32,000 nt of DNA from Candidatus Saccharimonadota bacterium (GCA_025349965.1 CP075337.1:330001-362000), one strand, 5' to 3'; counted from the stretch's first letter, positions 1 to 9,138 are shown. The notes: generated by a model not told the origin, from the letters alone. Numbers and translations are program-made.

Positions 1-1
1 T

Positions 2-385
2 AAGCTTATCGGTTCAATTGTTGAGGTGGAGTTCATTCGTGCGCTTCAAACGGCAGCCGGTAAGATGATGTTTGCTAAGGTCGTCCAGTCGGTCGCGGGT
101 TCAAAGAGCCAAGTGCGAAAGGCAAATCGCAAGACAGCCGAAGAACAGGCTATTCCAAAGAATCAAGCAAAACCAATCGTTAATCGCGCAAAAGGTACAA
201 AGCCTGTGGCACCTGTTGAGGTTGCCTCAAGTCCTGCAAAGCCTCGCTCGACAAATCAACGCACGGCTCGTTCGAGTCTGCAAAAGCAGCAACAGAAGGC
301 TCAGGGTAAGCCAGCGCCAGTACGAAGGAATAATCGCCGAAAGTCACCAGAAGATAGCCTTGTAGAGCTAGCGAACAGCCAGTAA
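2..385 (+). CDS. 3' end of a CDS entering from upstream of the window; unknown product with a long K/R/Q/P-rich low-complexity C-terminal tail
   Basis: This frame is open from nt 2 (KLIGSIVEVEFIRALQ...) to the TAA at 383-385. A strong hairpin terminator follows. I recognise no family in the visible 127 aa. Confidence 0.5.
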   Translation, partial: KLIGSIVEVEFIRALQTAAGKMMFAKVVQSVAGSKSQVRKANRKTAEEQAIPKNQAKPIVNRAKGTKPVAPVEVASSPAKPRSTNQRTARSSLQKQQQKAQGKPAPVRRNNRRKSPEDSLVELANSQ

Positions 386-412
386 GTGAATGTAACTACT
401 ACCGGATACAAT

Positions 413-443
413 AAAACACTGCCATATGCGGCAGTGTTTTATT
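413..443. terminator. Bidirectional Rho-independent terminator between convergent genes
   Basis: Perfect 11-bp stem aaaacactgcc (413-423) / ggcagtgtttt (430-440) with a 6-nt loop. It is A-rich on the 5' side and T-rich on the 3' side, so it reads as hairpin plus U-run on both strands. Confidence 0.75.
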
Positions 444-460
444 CTTATTGAGAGCTATGC

Positions 461-3103
461 CTACTGTAGCGTTTGGCTGAACGTATAGAAGCCTGTATCA
501 GTGATGGATACTGAAACGCCACCGTCAGAAGATCCCTCGGGATAACGACCTGTATATTCGTTGCCTGACTTACTGAGTGATACCGTAGTGCCGTTTACTG
601 AAGCAGTTACTCCCGAGCCGTCAACGCCGAATTTTCCAGGTACGACCGTAATAGTGAAGGAGTTTCCAGACTTCCTTAATGAGGCGCTTGGTTTCGCATC
701 ACCACAGCTATGAGCGTCATCATCTTCTCTGTAGTTATATTCTGCTGGCACTCCGCTGTACACGTCCTTCTTTGTAACAGGGTCTTTGCTCTTAGTGACG
801 CTGACTTCAATTCGCGCACCTTCTGGTGTACAGTCGGTAGCCTTCTTTTTGGATACCTTGTCGAAAACGATCTTTGCGTTTGAGAGACCTTGGTTCTTGT
901 TCCACCATGACGGGTAGACTTCCTTGCCAATTCGCTGGATACCCTGAGGTTGCGCGTACCAGTCGTTTGTCTTCCATTTGCCTTCAGGACCATATACCTC
1001 TTGGTGCGCATACTGCATTACAGATGCAACGATAGGGCTACCGATTGAAGATGTACCGTTCTTTAGAATAGTGGTATCAGGGTTACCAAGCCATACACCC
1101 ATAGTGAGTGCTGGGCTGTAACTGAACATCCAGAGGTCTTTGGCAAATCCGCCCTTGTCGGACGTACCTGTCTTGGTTGCAGTTTTAACACCAGGGATAC
1201 GTTTTGCTGCGTAATTTCCAAGTGCAGCGCTTGCATTCTGGTCAGATAGAATGTCAGATACGATATAGGCCGACTGCTCATCAATGATGCGTTTTCCAGC
1301 TGTATCTGTCCACTTTTTTAACGTTTCGCCAGAACTATTTTTTACTTCTAGTATCGAAGATTGTTGCTTGTATACACCCCCACGCGCAACTGACGTGTAG
1401 GCATTGACGAGGTCAACTTGAGTAAGGCCACAACCACCGATTGCCGCTGCAAGACTGGCTGTACGGTCTGCACCCACGGTACAGTAGCTCTTTGCTCCAA
1501 GGTCGCGAATCTCCTTGATAGTAGGTTCTACGCCAGAGATGTTCATCGCTTTTACTGCGGGCACGTTACGTGACGTTGCAAGGCTTGTGCGGATAGTTGC
1601 GTTACCGATGTAGCGACGGTCAGCGTTCTGTAGTTTTGAGCCATAAATTTTATCAATCGGTTCGTCTACAAGGATTGTTCCACTACCGAAGTTCTGCTGG
1701 CCTTCTGGTTTTTGCTGGAAGAGCTGTGTGAACACGAGTGGCTTAATTGATGACCCTGGTTGAATGTATGCAGTGGCTGCATTGTCTTGACCGAAGCCTT
1801 CATAACTAAAGTCTCGGCTCCCCATGAGTGCAATAATTTGGCCGGTCTTTGTGTCTGCTACGGTTGCGGCACCGTTACTGAACCCTGCCCAGTTTGGTGT
1901 TGTTGACTTGAACATGTCTGTCATAGACTCTTCAAGTTTGTCTTGAATACGCACGTCAAGCGTTGTCTTTACTGTAAGTCCACCGCGCCCAACAGTTGCT
2001 TTACCAAGCTCCTTTTCGAGCTGGCTGCGCACCATCTGTACGAAGTGCGGAGCGCGGATGCCTTCGAATTGGCTACTCTGGAGTTTCAGGTTATCAAGAA
2101 TAGGAACGGCAATCGCTTCGTCGTATTCTTTTTGGGTAATGTAGCCTTCTTCTTTCATCGCCACAAGAACGTGATGCTGGCGCTGTACGAGCCCGTCGTG
2201 TCCGGCTACATTGTATGGGTCAAAGACAGTTGGGTTTTGGGGAATTGCAGCAAGAAGGGCTGCTTCTGCGACGGTAAGGTTCTTTGCTGACTTACCGAAG
2301 TATGTTTGTGCACCGGATTCAGCGCCATTGCGACGCCCGCCGTATGGTGACTCATTAAGGTAAAGTGTGAGGATTTGATCCTTGTTATACATACGCTCGA
2401 TCTCAACAGCAAGAATGAGCTCTTTAATCTTACGTGGAATACCGCCAAGGCCGCGATTACCAGATTCCTCCGAGAGGAAGACTTGCTTTACGAGTTGCTG
2501 GGTGAGGGTTGAGCCACCTTGCGTACTTCCGCCGGTGAAGTTGTTGACCATCGCACGGAAAGTACCGGTAAAGCTAAGGCCACCATGTTTGAAGAAGTTA
2601 CGATCCTCAATAGAAACAGTCGCGTCTTTTAGGTGTTGGCTGATATCTTCGCTTTTTACGACGAGACGATAATTGCTGTCACCCTTATCTTCCCAGAGGA
2701 GCGTTCCATTCCTATCTGTGTACTTGGTCACGGTCGACTGAACGCGTTTATCGATTTCACCTGGACGAATTTGGTCAAGGTCTTTCCTGAAATAAGCAAA
2801 GAGGCCGCCAACAAAAAGCGCAACAACGAGAATAGAAATACCGGCGATTTTAAGCGCCATGCGGCCACCTTCTTTGCTGAACCAGTAGCCCCAGAAGCGC
2901 TTTGGATGCATGCGGTGCATGAAGCGTTTTACGGGATCTTTTGGAAGCGTTGCGCGATATTCAGCGCGCTTGCGTGACTCATGATCTTTCCGTTCTTTAC
3001 GTTTTTGTGTCAAATTAGAATACAGCGCGTGTGGACGCGTTGTCTTTTTTGCACGTGACGAAGTAGTCTTGTGCGCCTTTTTCGGTGCTTTGTCTGTACT
3101 CAC
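461..3103 (-). CDS. Class A penicillin-binding protein (bifunctional glycosyltransferase/transpeptidase, PBP1A family, ponA/mrcA-like)
   Basis: GT51 motifs EDRNFFKHGG, GGSTLTQQ and RKIKELILAVE are present. Transpeptidase motifs SSIKP (SxxK), SRN (SxN) and KTGTS (KTG) are present. The N-terminus is a basic cytoplasmic tail followed by one TM helix (ALKIAGISILVVALFVGGLFAYF). About 190 aa of extra C-terminal domain follow. GTG start at 3103, with GAGGGA upstream. Confidence 0.93.
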   Translation of the reverse strand: MSTDKAPKKAHKTTSSRAKKTTRPHALYSNLTQKRKERKDHESRKRAEYRATLPKDPVKRFMHRMHPKRFWGYWFSKEGGRMALKIAGISILVVALFVGGLFAYFRKDLDQIRPGEIDKRVQSTVTKYTDRNGTLLWEDKGDSNYRLVVKSEDISQHLKDATVSIEDRNFFKHGGLSFTGTFRAMVNNFTGGSTQGGSTLTQQLVKQVFLSEESGNRGLGGIPRKIKELILAVEIERMYNKDQILTLYLNESPYGGRRNGAESGAQTYFGKSAKNLTVAEAALLAAIPQNPTVFDPYNVAGHDGLVQRQHHVLVAMKEEGYITQKEYDEAIAVPILDNLKLQSSQFEGIRAPHFVQMVRSQLEKELGKATVGRGGLTVKTTLDVRIQDKLEESMTDMFKSTTPNWAGFSNGAATVADTKTGQIIALMGSRDFSYEGFGQDNAATAYIQPGSSIKPLVFTQLFQQKPEGQQNFGSGTILVDEPIDKIYGSKLQNADRRYIGNATIRTSLATSRNVPAVKAMNISGVEPTIKEIRDLGAKSYCTVGADRTASLAAAIGGCGLTQVDLVNAYTSVARGGVYKQQSSILEVKNSSGETLKKWTDTAGKRIIDEQSAYIVSDILSDQNASAALGNYAAKRIPGVKTATKTGTSDKGGFAKDLWMFSYSPALTMGVWLGNPDTTILKNGTSSIGSPIVASVMQYAHQEVYGPEGKWKTNDWYAQPQGIQRIGKEVYPSWWNKNQGLSNAKIVFDKVSKKKATDCTPEGARIEVSVTKSKDPVTKKDVYSGVPAEYNYREDDDAHSCGDAKPSASLRKSGNSFTITVVPGKFGVDGSGVTASVNGTTVSLSKSGNEYTGRYPEGSSDGGVSVSITDTGFYTFSQTLQ

Positions 3104-3138
3104 TTTCCCTCAATTTCCCATAAGCAATATACTGTTTC

Positions 3139-3147
3139 AGTATAGCA
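3139..3147 (-). promoter_or_regulatory. Extended -10 promoter (TGcTATACT on the minus strand) for the PBP gene, embedded in a 17-bp palindrome
   Basis: The reverse complement of 3139-3147 reads TGCTATACT, about 36 nt upstream of the GTG start. It overlaps the palindrome TATACTGtttCAGTATA at 3128-3144. Confidence 0.5.
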
Positions 3148-3320
3148 TGGTTTGGGTAGGCTGCAGTTGTTTTTAGCCCAATTCTCACGTCGCTACATCT
3201 TGTATCGCCCAAGAGATTCTCGAGGCACATCGGGAGTCTCTCGGGCGATAGCGTAGAGAGGATGTCCAACATGAGAATTGGACTAAAATCAAACCAACAC
3301 AACGTAAACAGGGGTGTATC

Positions 3321-3329
3321 TGGTATAAT
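3321..3329 (+). promoter_or_regulatory. Extended -10 promoter TGgTATAAT for tyrS
   Basis: tggtataat lies at 3321-3329, 33 nt upstream of the ATG. The SD GAAAGGAA at 3352-3359 sits between them. Confidence 0.6.
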
Positions 3330-3362
3330 AAATAAGATTTATAACTAACCCGAAAGGAAATC

Positions 3363-4577
3363 ATGACGCTTTCTGAAGAACTGACATGGCGTGGTTTTGT
3401 GAACCAAATGACCTACCCTGATATCAAAGCCCTAGACGAGGGTCAGATTTCTTTCTATTGGGGTGTTGACCCAAGTGCGGATAGTATGACTATTGGCAAT
3501 CTTGCGGCTGCTATGATGGTGCGTCACTTTATCAATGCTGGACACAAAGCATTTCTCTTGGTGGGTGGCGCAACCGGTATGATCGGTGACCCAGACGGCA
3601 AGAAGGATGAGCGGAATCTTAAGACGCTCGATGAAATTGCTAAGAATAAGGCGGGTATCTCTGAGCAGTACAAGACAGTATTTGCCGGGCAGCCGTTTGA
3701 AATTGTCGATAATTATGACTGGTTTAAGGACATGAACTACCTTGAATTCCTTCGTCTTGTTGGAAAGCATGTTCCGATGAGTCAAATGCTTGGCCGTGAA
3801 TTCGTGCAGTCTCGCTTGAGTGAAGGCGGGGCGGGTATTAGCTACGCCGAATTTAGTTACTCGCTTATTCAGGGATACGATTTCGTCCATCTTTACAAGA
3901 ATCACGGCGTCACGCTTCAGCTTTGCGGTGCGGACCAGTGGGGTAACTCAATTGCCGGCGTTGACCTCATCCGCCGCATTGAAGGTGGTGAGGCGCATGT
4001 CTACTCAACGCCACTCATCTATAACAAAGCGACAGGACGCAAGTTTGGAAAGTCCGAGGATGGAGCGGTGTGGCTTGATCCAACTAAGACGAGCGTCTAC
4101 AAATTCTACCAGTTCTGGCTGAATGCCGATGACGAAGGTGTGGTTGATTACGCAAAAGTATATACACTCTTGAATCAAGAAGAAATTGCCGTGATGGCAG
4201 ACCAGGTAGCAACTAATCCTGGTGCTCGTGAAGCGCAAAAGACACTTGCTCACGAGGTGACAAAGATTGTTCACGGTGAGGAGCGTACCTCGCAAGTGGA
4301 AAAGGTAACTGAAGTGCTCTTTGGTGGCGCATCTGTGGCTGACCTTTCTGGCGCAGAGCTTAAAATGCTTGCGGGTGAAATTCCAACCGTTGCGCTCGGT
4401 GTCAACATTGTCGATGCACTCGTTGATGGTGGGGTTGCCAAGGGAAGTTCTGATGCCAAGCGTCTCATTAAAAGTGGTGGCGTTTCTGTAAATGGCGTCA
4501 AATTGAGTGAACCTGTTGCGGTGTCTGAAGTAAGCCTTATCAAGAAGGGTAAGAACAGCTTCATTCTTGCTAAATAA
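3363..4577 (+). CDS. tyrS: Tyrosyl-tRNA synthetase
   Basis: Collinear with bacterial TyrRS: GVDPSADS..., LVGGATGMIGDP, QGYDF, GADQWGN, KFGKS (the KMSKS loop) and YKFYQFW. The C-terminal S4-like domain is present (AKRLIKSGGVSVNG). The HIGH signature reads TIGN (see findings). Confidence 0.95.
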   Translation: MTLSEELTWRGFVNQMTYPDIKALDEGQISFYWGVDPSADSMTIGNLAAAMMVRHFINAGHKAFLLVGGATGMIGDPDGKKDERNLKTLDEIAKNKAGISEQYKTVFAGQPFEIVDNYDWFKDMNYLEFLRLVGKHVPMSQMLGREFVQSRLSEGGAGISYAEFSYSLIQGYDFVHLYKNHGVTLQLCGADQWGNSIAGVDLIRRIEGGEAHVYSTPLIYNKATGRKFGKSEDGAVWLDPTKTSVYKFYQFWLNADDEGVVDYAKVYTLLNQEEIAVMADQVATNPGAREAQKTLAHEVTKIVHGEERTSQVEKVTEVLFGGASVADLSGAELKMLAGEIPTVALGVNIVDALVDGGVAKGSSDAKRLIKSGGVSVNGVKLSEPVAVSEVSLIKKGKNSFILAK

Positions 4578-4605
4578 GCATAAACATGATATAATAGAAA
4601 GATAG

Positions 4606-4630
4606 GGCTCGGAATGACGAGCCTTTTCTT
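4606..4630 (+). terminator. Rho-independent terminator after tyrS
   Basis: Stem ggctcg (4606-4611) / cgagcc (4618-4623), loop gaatga, then ttttctt. Confidence 0.6.
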
Positions 4631-4646
4631 GTTACAATAAGGATAT

Positions 4647-6683
4647 ATGAATCTTACAACCTCATTGGAGCGCATAAAAGGGGTAGGTCCACGCACGGCT
4701 GAGCAATTTGCCAAAGCCGGACTCTTCACTGTGGGTGATCTTTTGACGTTCTTCCCAAGAGGGTATGAGGACTTCTCTCACGTTACAAAAATTACCGACC
4801 TTAAGCCGGGTAAGGTGACGCTCCAGGCTCGGTGCGAAAAAGTGGAAATGCGCTCTGTTCGACGCGGTATGCGAGTAGTAACAGCGACGCTGGCGGATGA
4901 TTCCGGCAAAGTACAGGCCGTGTGGTTCAATCAGCCGTATCGCGTCACACAGCTCAAAGAGGGCGGCGAGTTTCTCTTTTCTGGTGAATTTGAGTTTCGC
5001 TACAATCGCTACCAAATCACCAATCCAAGCGCGGAAAAAGTGTCTGACATTGACGCTTCAGAGGGCCACGATGCAATTATGCCTATCTATCGCGCTATTG
5101 CTGGCTTAAAAACCTCTTTAGTGCGTAAGGTCCTTCAAGAACTTCAGCCACTTATCACCATGCTCCCGGAAACACTTCCGCAAAAGGTACTCGAGAAGGA
5201 AAAGCTTGTGAGCTATAGCGAGGCGGTGCAAAACATCCATTTTCCGGCTACAGTTGACGCCATGGAACAGGCGAAGGCTCGACTTTCTTTTGAAGAACTC
5301 TTCCAACTCCTCTTGGCCAGCCAACTGAATAAACAGGAGCACGGCAAGTTGTCCGGTATTGCTATGCCGTTTGCTCAAGAAATTATTAAATCATTTGTTG
5401 AAAATCTTCCTTTTGGTTTAACTGGCGCTCAGCGAAGGGCAGTCTGGGATATCTTCCAGGATTTTGAAAGCGCAACACCAATGAACCGCCTTCTGCAGGG
5501 TGATGTTGGTGCTGGCAAGACAGTAGTGGCGGGAATGGCAGCGAGGCAAGCGGCGCATGCGGGCTATCAAACGGCTTTTATGGCGCCAACGGAGATTCTT
5601 GCTCGGCAACACGCGCAAACGCTTGATGCTCTTTTGTCACCCTTTGGCTTAAAGGTGGGTCTACTGACCGGTGGCGTGAAAGGCGCGGCTCGTAAGGCAC
5701 TCTATGCTGCAATCGCCGAGGGCGAGGTAGATGTTGTCGTGGGGACACATGCGCTTATTCAATCAAAAGTAGTATTTCATACGCTCGGGTTTGTGGTTAT
5801 TGATGAGCAACACCGCTTTGGCGTGGCGCAACGTCAAGCTCTACTTGATAAATCTCCAGTGATGCCACACCTTCTTTCTATGACTGCAACGCCAATTCCT
5901 CGCAGCTTGGCTTTAACCGTGTATGGTGAGCTGGATATCTCAATTCTTGATGAGAAGCCGGCGAATCGTCTCCCTATCATTACGAAGATTGGCTCGCCAA
6001 ACAGCCGCAGTGAAGTGTATAAAAAGATCGATGAAGAAATTGAAAAAGGCCGCCAAGCCTACGTTATTTGTAATCTCATCGATAACAATCCCGACAATGA
6101 CCTTGCAAGTGTTGAGGTTGAATATAAGCGCCTACGTAATTCTGTCTTTAAGCATCGCACAATCGGGCTTTTGCACGGCCGACTCTCTAATACAGAAAAA
6201 GATGAAGTGATGGAGAAGTTTGCTAAGGGTGAACTGGATATACTCGTGAGTACCACGGTAGTTGAGGTGGGTGTAGACGTGCCAAATGCAACTATTATGC
6301 TAATTGAAGATGGTGACCGTTTTGGCCTAGCGCAGCTTCACCAGCTAAGAGGCCGAGTTGGTCGTAGTGCGCATCAAAGTTACTGTTTTATTATCCCAAG
6401 TGGTTCGCAAAAGCCCTCGCAGCGTCTTCGCGAGATTGAAAAAAGTAACGACGGCTTCTATTTGGCAGAGGTGGATCTTGAGCTTCGTGGTCCCGGTGAA
6501 ATTTATGGACGTTCTCAGCATGGCGCGCTCAATCTCCAGATTGCCAGTCTTGCTGATGCAAAAATGATTACCCGTGCCCAGAAAGCGGCGAAGGCCTTCG
6601 TTGCTTCTGGTGAAAATCTGCTACACTATAAACAGTTAGCGAAACAGGTGGAGGCATATCAACGCCTGACAACCTTAAATTAA
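4647..6683 (+). CDS. recG: ATP-dependent DNA helicase RecG
   Basis: An N-terminal wedge/OB region is followed by SF2 helicase motifs GDVGAGKT (Walker A), VIDEQHRFG, MTATPIPRSLA and QLHQLRGRVGR. Confidence 0.93.
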   Translation: MNLTTSLERIKGVGPRTAEQFAKAGLFTVGDLLTFFPRGYEDFSHVTKITDLKPGKVTLQARCEKVEMRSVRRGMRVVTATLADDSGKVQAVWFNQPYRVTQLKEGGEFLFSGEFEFRYNRYQITNPSAEKVSDIDASEGHDAIMPIYRAIAGLKTSLVRKVLQELQPLITMLPETLPQKVLEKEKLVSYSEAVQNIHFPATVDAMEQAKARLSFEELFQLLLASQLNKQEHGKLSGIAMPFAQEIIKSFVENLPFGLTGAQRRAVWDIFQDFESATPMNRLLQGDVGAGKTVVAGMAARQAAHAGYQTAFMAPTEILARQHAQTLDALLSPFGLKVGLLTGGVKGAARKALYAAIAEGEVDVVVGTHALIQSKVVFHTLGFVVIDEQHRFGVAQRQALLDKSPVMPHLLSMTATPIPRSLALTVYGELDISILDEKPANRLPIITKIGSPNSRSEVYKKIDEEIEKGRQAYVICNLIDNNPDNDLASVEVEYKRLRNSVFKHRTIGLLHGRLSNTEKDEVMEKFAKGELDILVSTTVVEVGVDVPNATIMLIEDGDRFGLAQLHQLRGRVGRSAHQSYCFIIPSGSQKPSQRLREIEKSNDGFYLAEVDLELRGPGEIYGRSQHGALNLQIASLADAKMITRAQKAAKAFVASGENLLHYKQLAKQVEAYQRLTTLN

Positions 6684-6705
6684 AAGAGAAACGACAAGAG
6701 ATTTT

Positions 6706-7524
6706 ATGTACGCAGGAACCACTTTTCGACACCAGTCGGGAAACATTATTGGTGTGCACCAGCGAATTGACCGCGTGGCGCGTCGTCATGTTGTGAAGCA
6801 TATTCCAGAGGGTTCGTTTTTCCCAAGTATAAAAACAATTCTCCATTTTGAAGGAAAGAATGGCCCGGACGGCATTAAAAGCAAGAGTCCTTCGGTGGAT
6901 GAGCCGTGGCATTTTATAAATCCATCCGCGGGCGAGGACGACCCGCTCGTACTAGCGATTCGAGATCATGTTGAAAACTTGACGACTGCCCTTCGCCTTA
7001 AGGATGAAATCCGTGCCGGTTTTGAAGCGGCCTGGCTGGCGCATGCAATAACGGATGGACTTACTCCAGCGCACCACTATCCGTTAGCGGAGAAGATTGA
7101 AGAGCTTTGGGGTAAGCCACACCACGAACGAAGCTCGCGTCGTGACAAGATTATTATCAAGGGGAGCAGTAAGCGCGACATGCTTTCTAAAAACTGGCAA
7201 TACTGGGGAAGTAGTGGCATTTTCAACCTGCACTGGCTCTTTGAGTTCGGAGTTGCTTCAGCAATTACGACGAGTCGTTTCACCGATATTGGCGTCACTA
7301 AGGAGGACCTTAGGGTGGTAGAAGAAAAGGGCTATGTCGCGTATTTTCTAAAGTCAGTTCGGGACGTTGATACCCTCGGTATGTACGAGTCGTTCGAGCG
7401 CACTGGCTGGTCAACCCGGCTTGGTCATATGACACGGAGTCAACTCGCGCCCATTATCATGAGGAACGTTTGCCTCGCTTGGTATGTGGCTCAGAAAAAA
7501 GCACTTGAGGAGGGCGAACTATGA
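6706..7524 (+). CDS. Conserved hypothetical protein; possible zinc-dependent phospholipase C / S1-P1 nuclease-fold protein
   Basis: 272-aa ORF between recG and rsmD, with a 4-nt ATGA overlap with rsmD. The segment AWLAHAITDGLTPAHH has H-x3-D-x5-H spacing, like the Zn ligands H118/D122/H128 of Bacillus cereus PLC. Further His pairs occur (KPHHE). The family call is tentative. Confidence 0.45.
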   Translation: MYAGTTFRHQSGNIIGVHQRIDRVARRHVVKHIPEGSFFPSIKTILHFEGKNGPDGIKSKSPSVDEPWHFINPSAGEDDPLVLAIRDHVENLTTALRLKDEIRAGFEAAWLAHAITDGLTPAHHYPLAEKIEELWGKPHHERSSRRDKIIIKGSSKRDMLSKNWQYWGSSGIFNLHWLFEFGVASAITTSRFTDIGVTKEDLRVVEEKGYVAYFLKSVRDVDTLGMYESFERTGWSTRLGHMTRSQLAPIIMRNVCLAWYVAQKKALEEGEL

Positions 7525-8069
7525 ATGTGCGTTTAATTTCCGGCACGTATGGCGGCCGAGTTATTGAAGGTTCCGGTACAGACCGTACCCATCCAATGAG
7601 TGAGCGGATGCGCAGCTCGCTTTTTAACATTGTGGGTGACGAAATTGAAGGTGCACGAGTGCTGGATGTTTTTGCGGGCAGTGGCGCGCTGGGGCTCGAA
7701 GCATTGAGTCGTGGGGCAGAGTCGGCTACGTTTATTGAACGTGATCGTGTGGCTCAAAAAATTATTGATGCAAATATCACAACACTTAAAATCGACAAAA
7801 CAAAAGCGAAATTAGTAAAAGCACCAGCAGCAAGCTGGCTTCGCACTACTGATGCGGGGCAATTCGATATTATTTTCGTGGATCCGCCCTACCACGATCT
7901 ACAGTTATCCACAGTTGCTAAAATTTCAGGTCTTTTAAAGCCAAACGGGCTTATGGTATTATCATATCCAGATAAGGCGGAGGTGCCCACCGAATTAGGA
8001 GTTGTTGTGGTGGACAATCGTAGTTACGGAAACGCGGCGCTTGCGTTTTATCGAAAGGAAGATGTTTAG
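7521..8069 (+). CDS. rsmD: 16S rRNA (guanine966-N2)-methyltransferase RsmD
   Basis: The motifs RTHPMSERMRSSLFNIV, VLDVFAGSGALGLEALSRGA and IFVDPPY are typical of RsmD. The size of 182 aa also fits. Confidence 0.88.
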   Translation: MNVRLISGTYGGRVIEGSGTDRTHPMSERMRSSLFNIVGDEIEGARVLDVFAGSGALGLEALSRGAESATFIERDRVAQKIIDANITTLKIDKTKAKLVKAPAASWLRTTDAGQFDIIFVDPPYHDLQLSTVAKISGLLKPNGLMVLSYPDKAEVPTELGVVVVDNRSYGNAALAFYRKEDV

Positions 8070-8086
8070 GCATCTTCTTTTCTTTT
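8058..8086 (+). terminator. Rho-independent terminator overlapping the rsmD stop codon
   Basis: Stem gaagatg (8058-8064) / catcttc (8071-8077). The loop tttagg contains the TAG stop. tttcttttg follows. Confidence 0.6.
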
Positions 8087-8143
8087 GCGATGATTGATTA
8101 CAATCCCTATTGGGTGTACTATATTCGGAACATCTGATGAGGT

Positions 8144-8653
8144 ATGAAAATGAGTTTACTTGAAATTCTTACGCCACAACCAAACTTTCCTGACGAAGAT
8201 TTGCAGGAAGACAACATAGCGCACGTAGAATATTACTTGCAAAATGACCCGGGCACCTTGGTATATGAAAAAGACCTGCGCGAATCAATGCGCATGCTTC
8301 ATGTGGTTGGCCATAACGCTCTACAGATTTGTGGCGTAGAGGTTGATTATAGCGAGGATGAGTACCACGCCTTTTGTGAAGGCTTTGCTGCGCTGGAGTA
8401 CGCCAGTATCCTTGTAAGACAAAAACAATTGAGCGGTTCGATGATGATTGCAAATACCCGTAATCTTCTGATAGATATGGGTGAGATGACTGACTTTGAA
8501 GTGGCGAGTCGACATGGAGTGTGGATGGAGGCGCATCCAAATACCTTTGGTGTCGTAACGAAGGCCGGAGCGGTGCGGAGTGAGACGATGAAGCAACTTC
8601 AGGCTCGTGCGGTCGGAGCTCATATAGCAAGCGAGTTGCAAGCTGCTGCTTAA
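8144..8653 (+). CDS. Hypothetical protein (orphan, about 167-169 aa)
   Basis: Long ORF with the SD-like GATGAGG at 8136-8142. The second ATG at 8150 is better spaced than 8144. I recognise no domain. Confidence 0.6.
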   Translation: MKMSLLEILTPQPNFPDEDLQEDNIAHVEYYLQNDPGTLVYEKDLRESMRMLHVVGHNALQICGVEVDYSEDEYHAFCEGFAALEYASILVRQKQLSGSMMIANTRNLLIDMGEMTDFEVASRHGVWMEAHPNTFGVVTKAGAVRSETMKQLQARAVGAHIASELQAAA

Positions 8654-8660
8654 ATAAAAA

Positions 8661-8721
8661 AACACCTCAAAGGGTGTTGTTATACAGAGTGGCCAAGATA
8701 GATAGTGTCTTGGCCACTCTG
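8661..8721. terminator. Pair of hairpins between convergent genes (terminators for both directions)
   Basis: Hairpin 1: aacacc (8661-8666) / ggtgtt (8673-8678), preceded by A7, which gives a U-run on the minus strand. Hairpin 2: perfect 14-bp stem cagagtggccaaga (8685-8698) / tcttggccactctg (8708-8721), followed by tcttctgct. Confidence 0.65.
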
Positions 8722-8792
8722 TCTTCTGCTGAAGCATGTTCTGGGCGAATGCATTGAAAGTACATCGCGCGGCTCCTTTCTAGGGCGCAGAA

Positions 8793-9056
8793 TTAGATAT
8801 CTTCTATATCCTCAAAGAAGATTCGTGGGTCTTCTATCTCTTCCCACTTACCGGTTAGGCAATTCAACCCCTTTATAACGACAGTCCAGTCGTCAGGGTT
8901 GTGTATCTCGGCATGGATGGTCGCACGGTCGGTGCCGTTTATTGAGATCGGCATAAGACGAGATAGGTCTTCTGCCGAATCTGCTACGCAGCCATCTATG
9001 AGCTTTCCTGTGAAAGCGTTTACGACATGTAGTCTATATGACATAAAATGTGCCAT
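8793..9056 (-). CDS. Hypothetical small protein (87 aa)
   Basis: ORF with a GGAG SD (minus strand, 9066-9063) 6 nt before the ATG. A TATACT -10-like box (minus strand, 9091-9086) lies inside the inverted repeat gctatac/gtatagc at 9078-9093. No domain recognised. Confidence 0.55.
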   Translation of the reverse strand: MAHFMSYRLHVVNAFTGKLIDGCVADSAEDLSRLMPISINGTDRATIHAEIHNPDDWTVVIKGLNCLTGKWEEIEDPRIFFEDIEDI

Positions 9057-9138
9057 TGTGAACTCCGTTCAAGTAGGGCTATACGAGTATAGCGAGTTGG
9101 GATTCTCTAGAGGTTGGCGAAAATGTATGGACATCTAT

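Noticed and set aside
3015-3302. 95-aa minus-strand ORF covering the PBP1A start and the PBP-tyrS intergenic region.
   Set aside because: It overlaps the PBP1A N-terminus out of frame and runs across the promoter and palindrome region. It has no SD and a composition typical of non-coding spacer.
3347-3359. The 13-mer AACCCGAAAGGAA upstream of tyrS recurs at 15579-15591 upstream of the mini-ORF.
   Set aside because: It is largely the Shine-Dalgarno sequence plus a few flanking bases, and two copies in 32 kb could be chance. I do not treat it as a regulatory motif without more instances.
3104-3362. Possible T-box riboswitch upstream of tyrS.
   Set aside because: I found no T-box consensus (AGGGUGGNACCGCG-like), no specifier-loop or antiterminator arrangement, and no terminator before the ATG. 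The best promoter lies only 33 nt upstream of the start.
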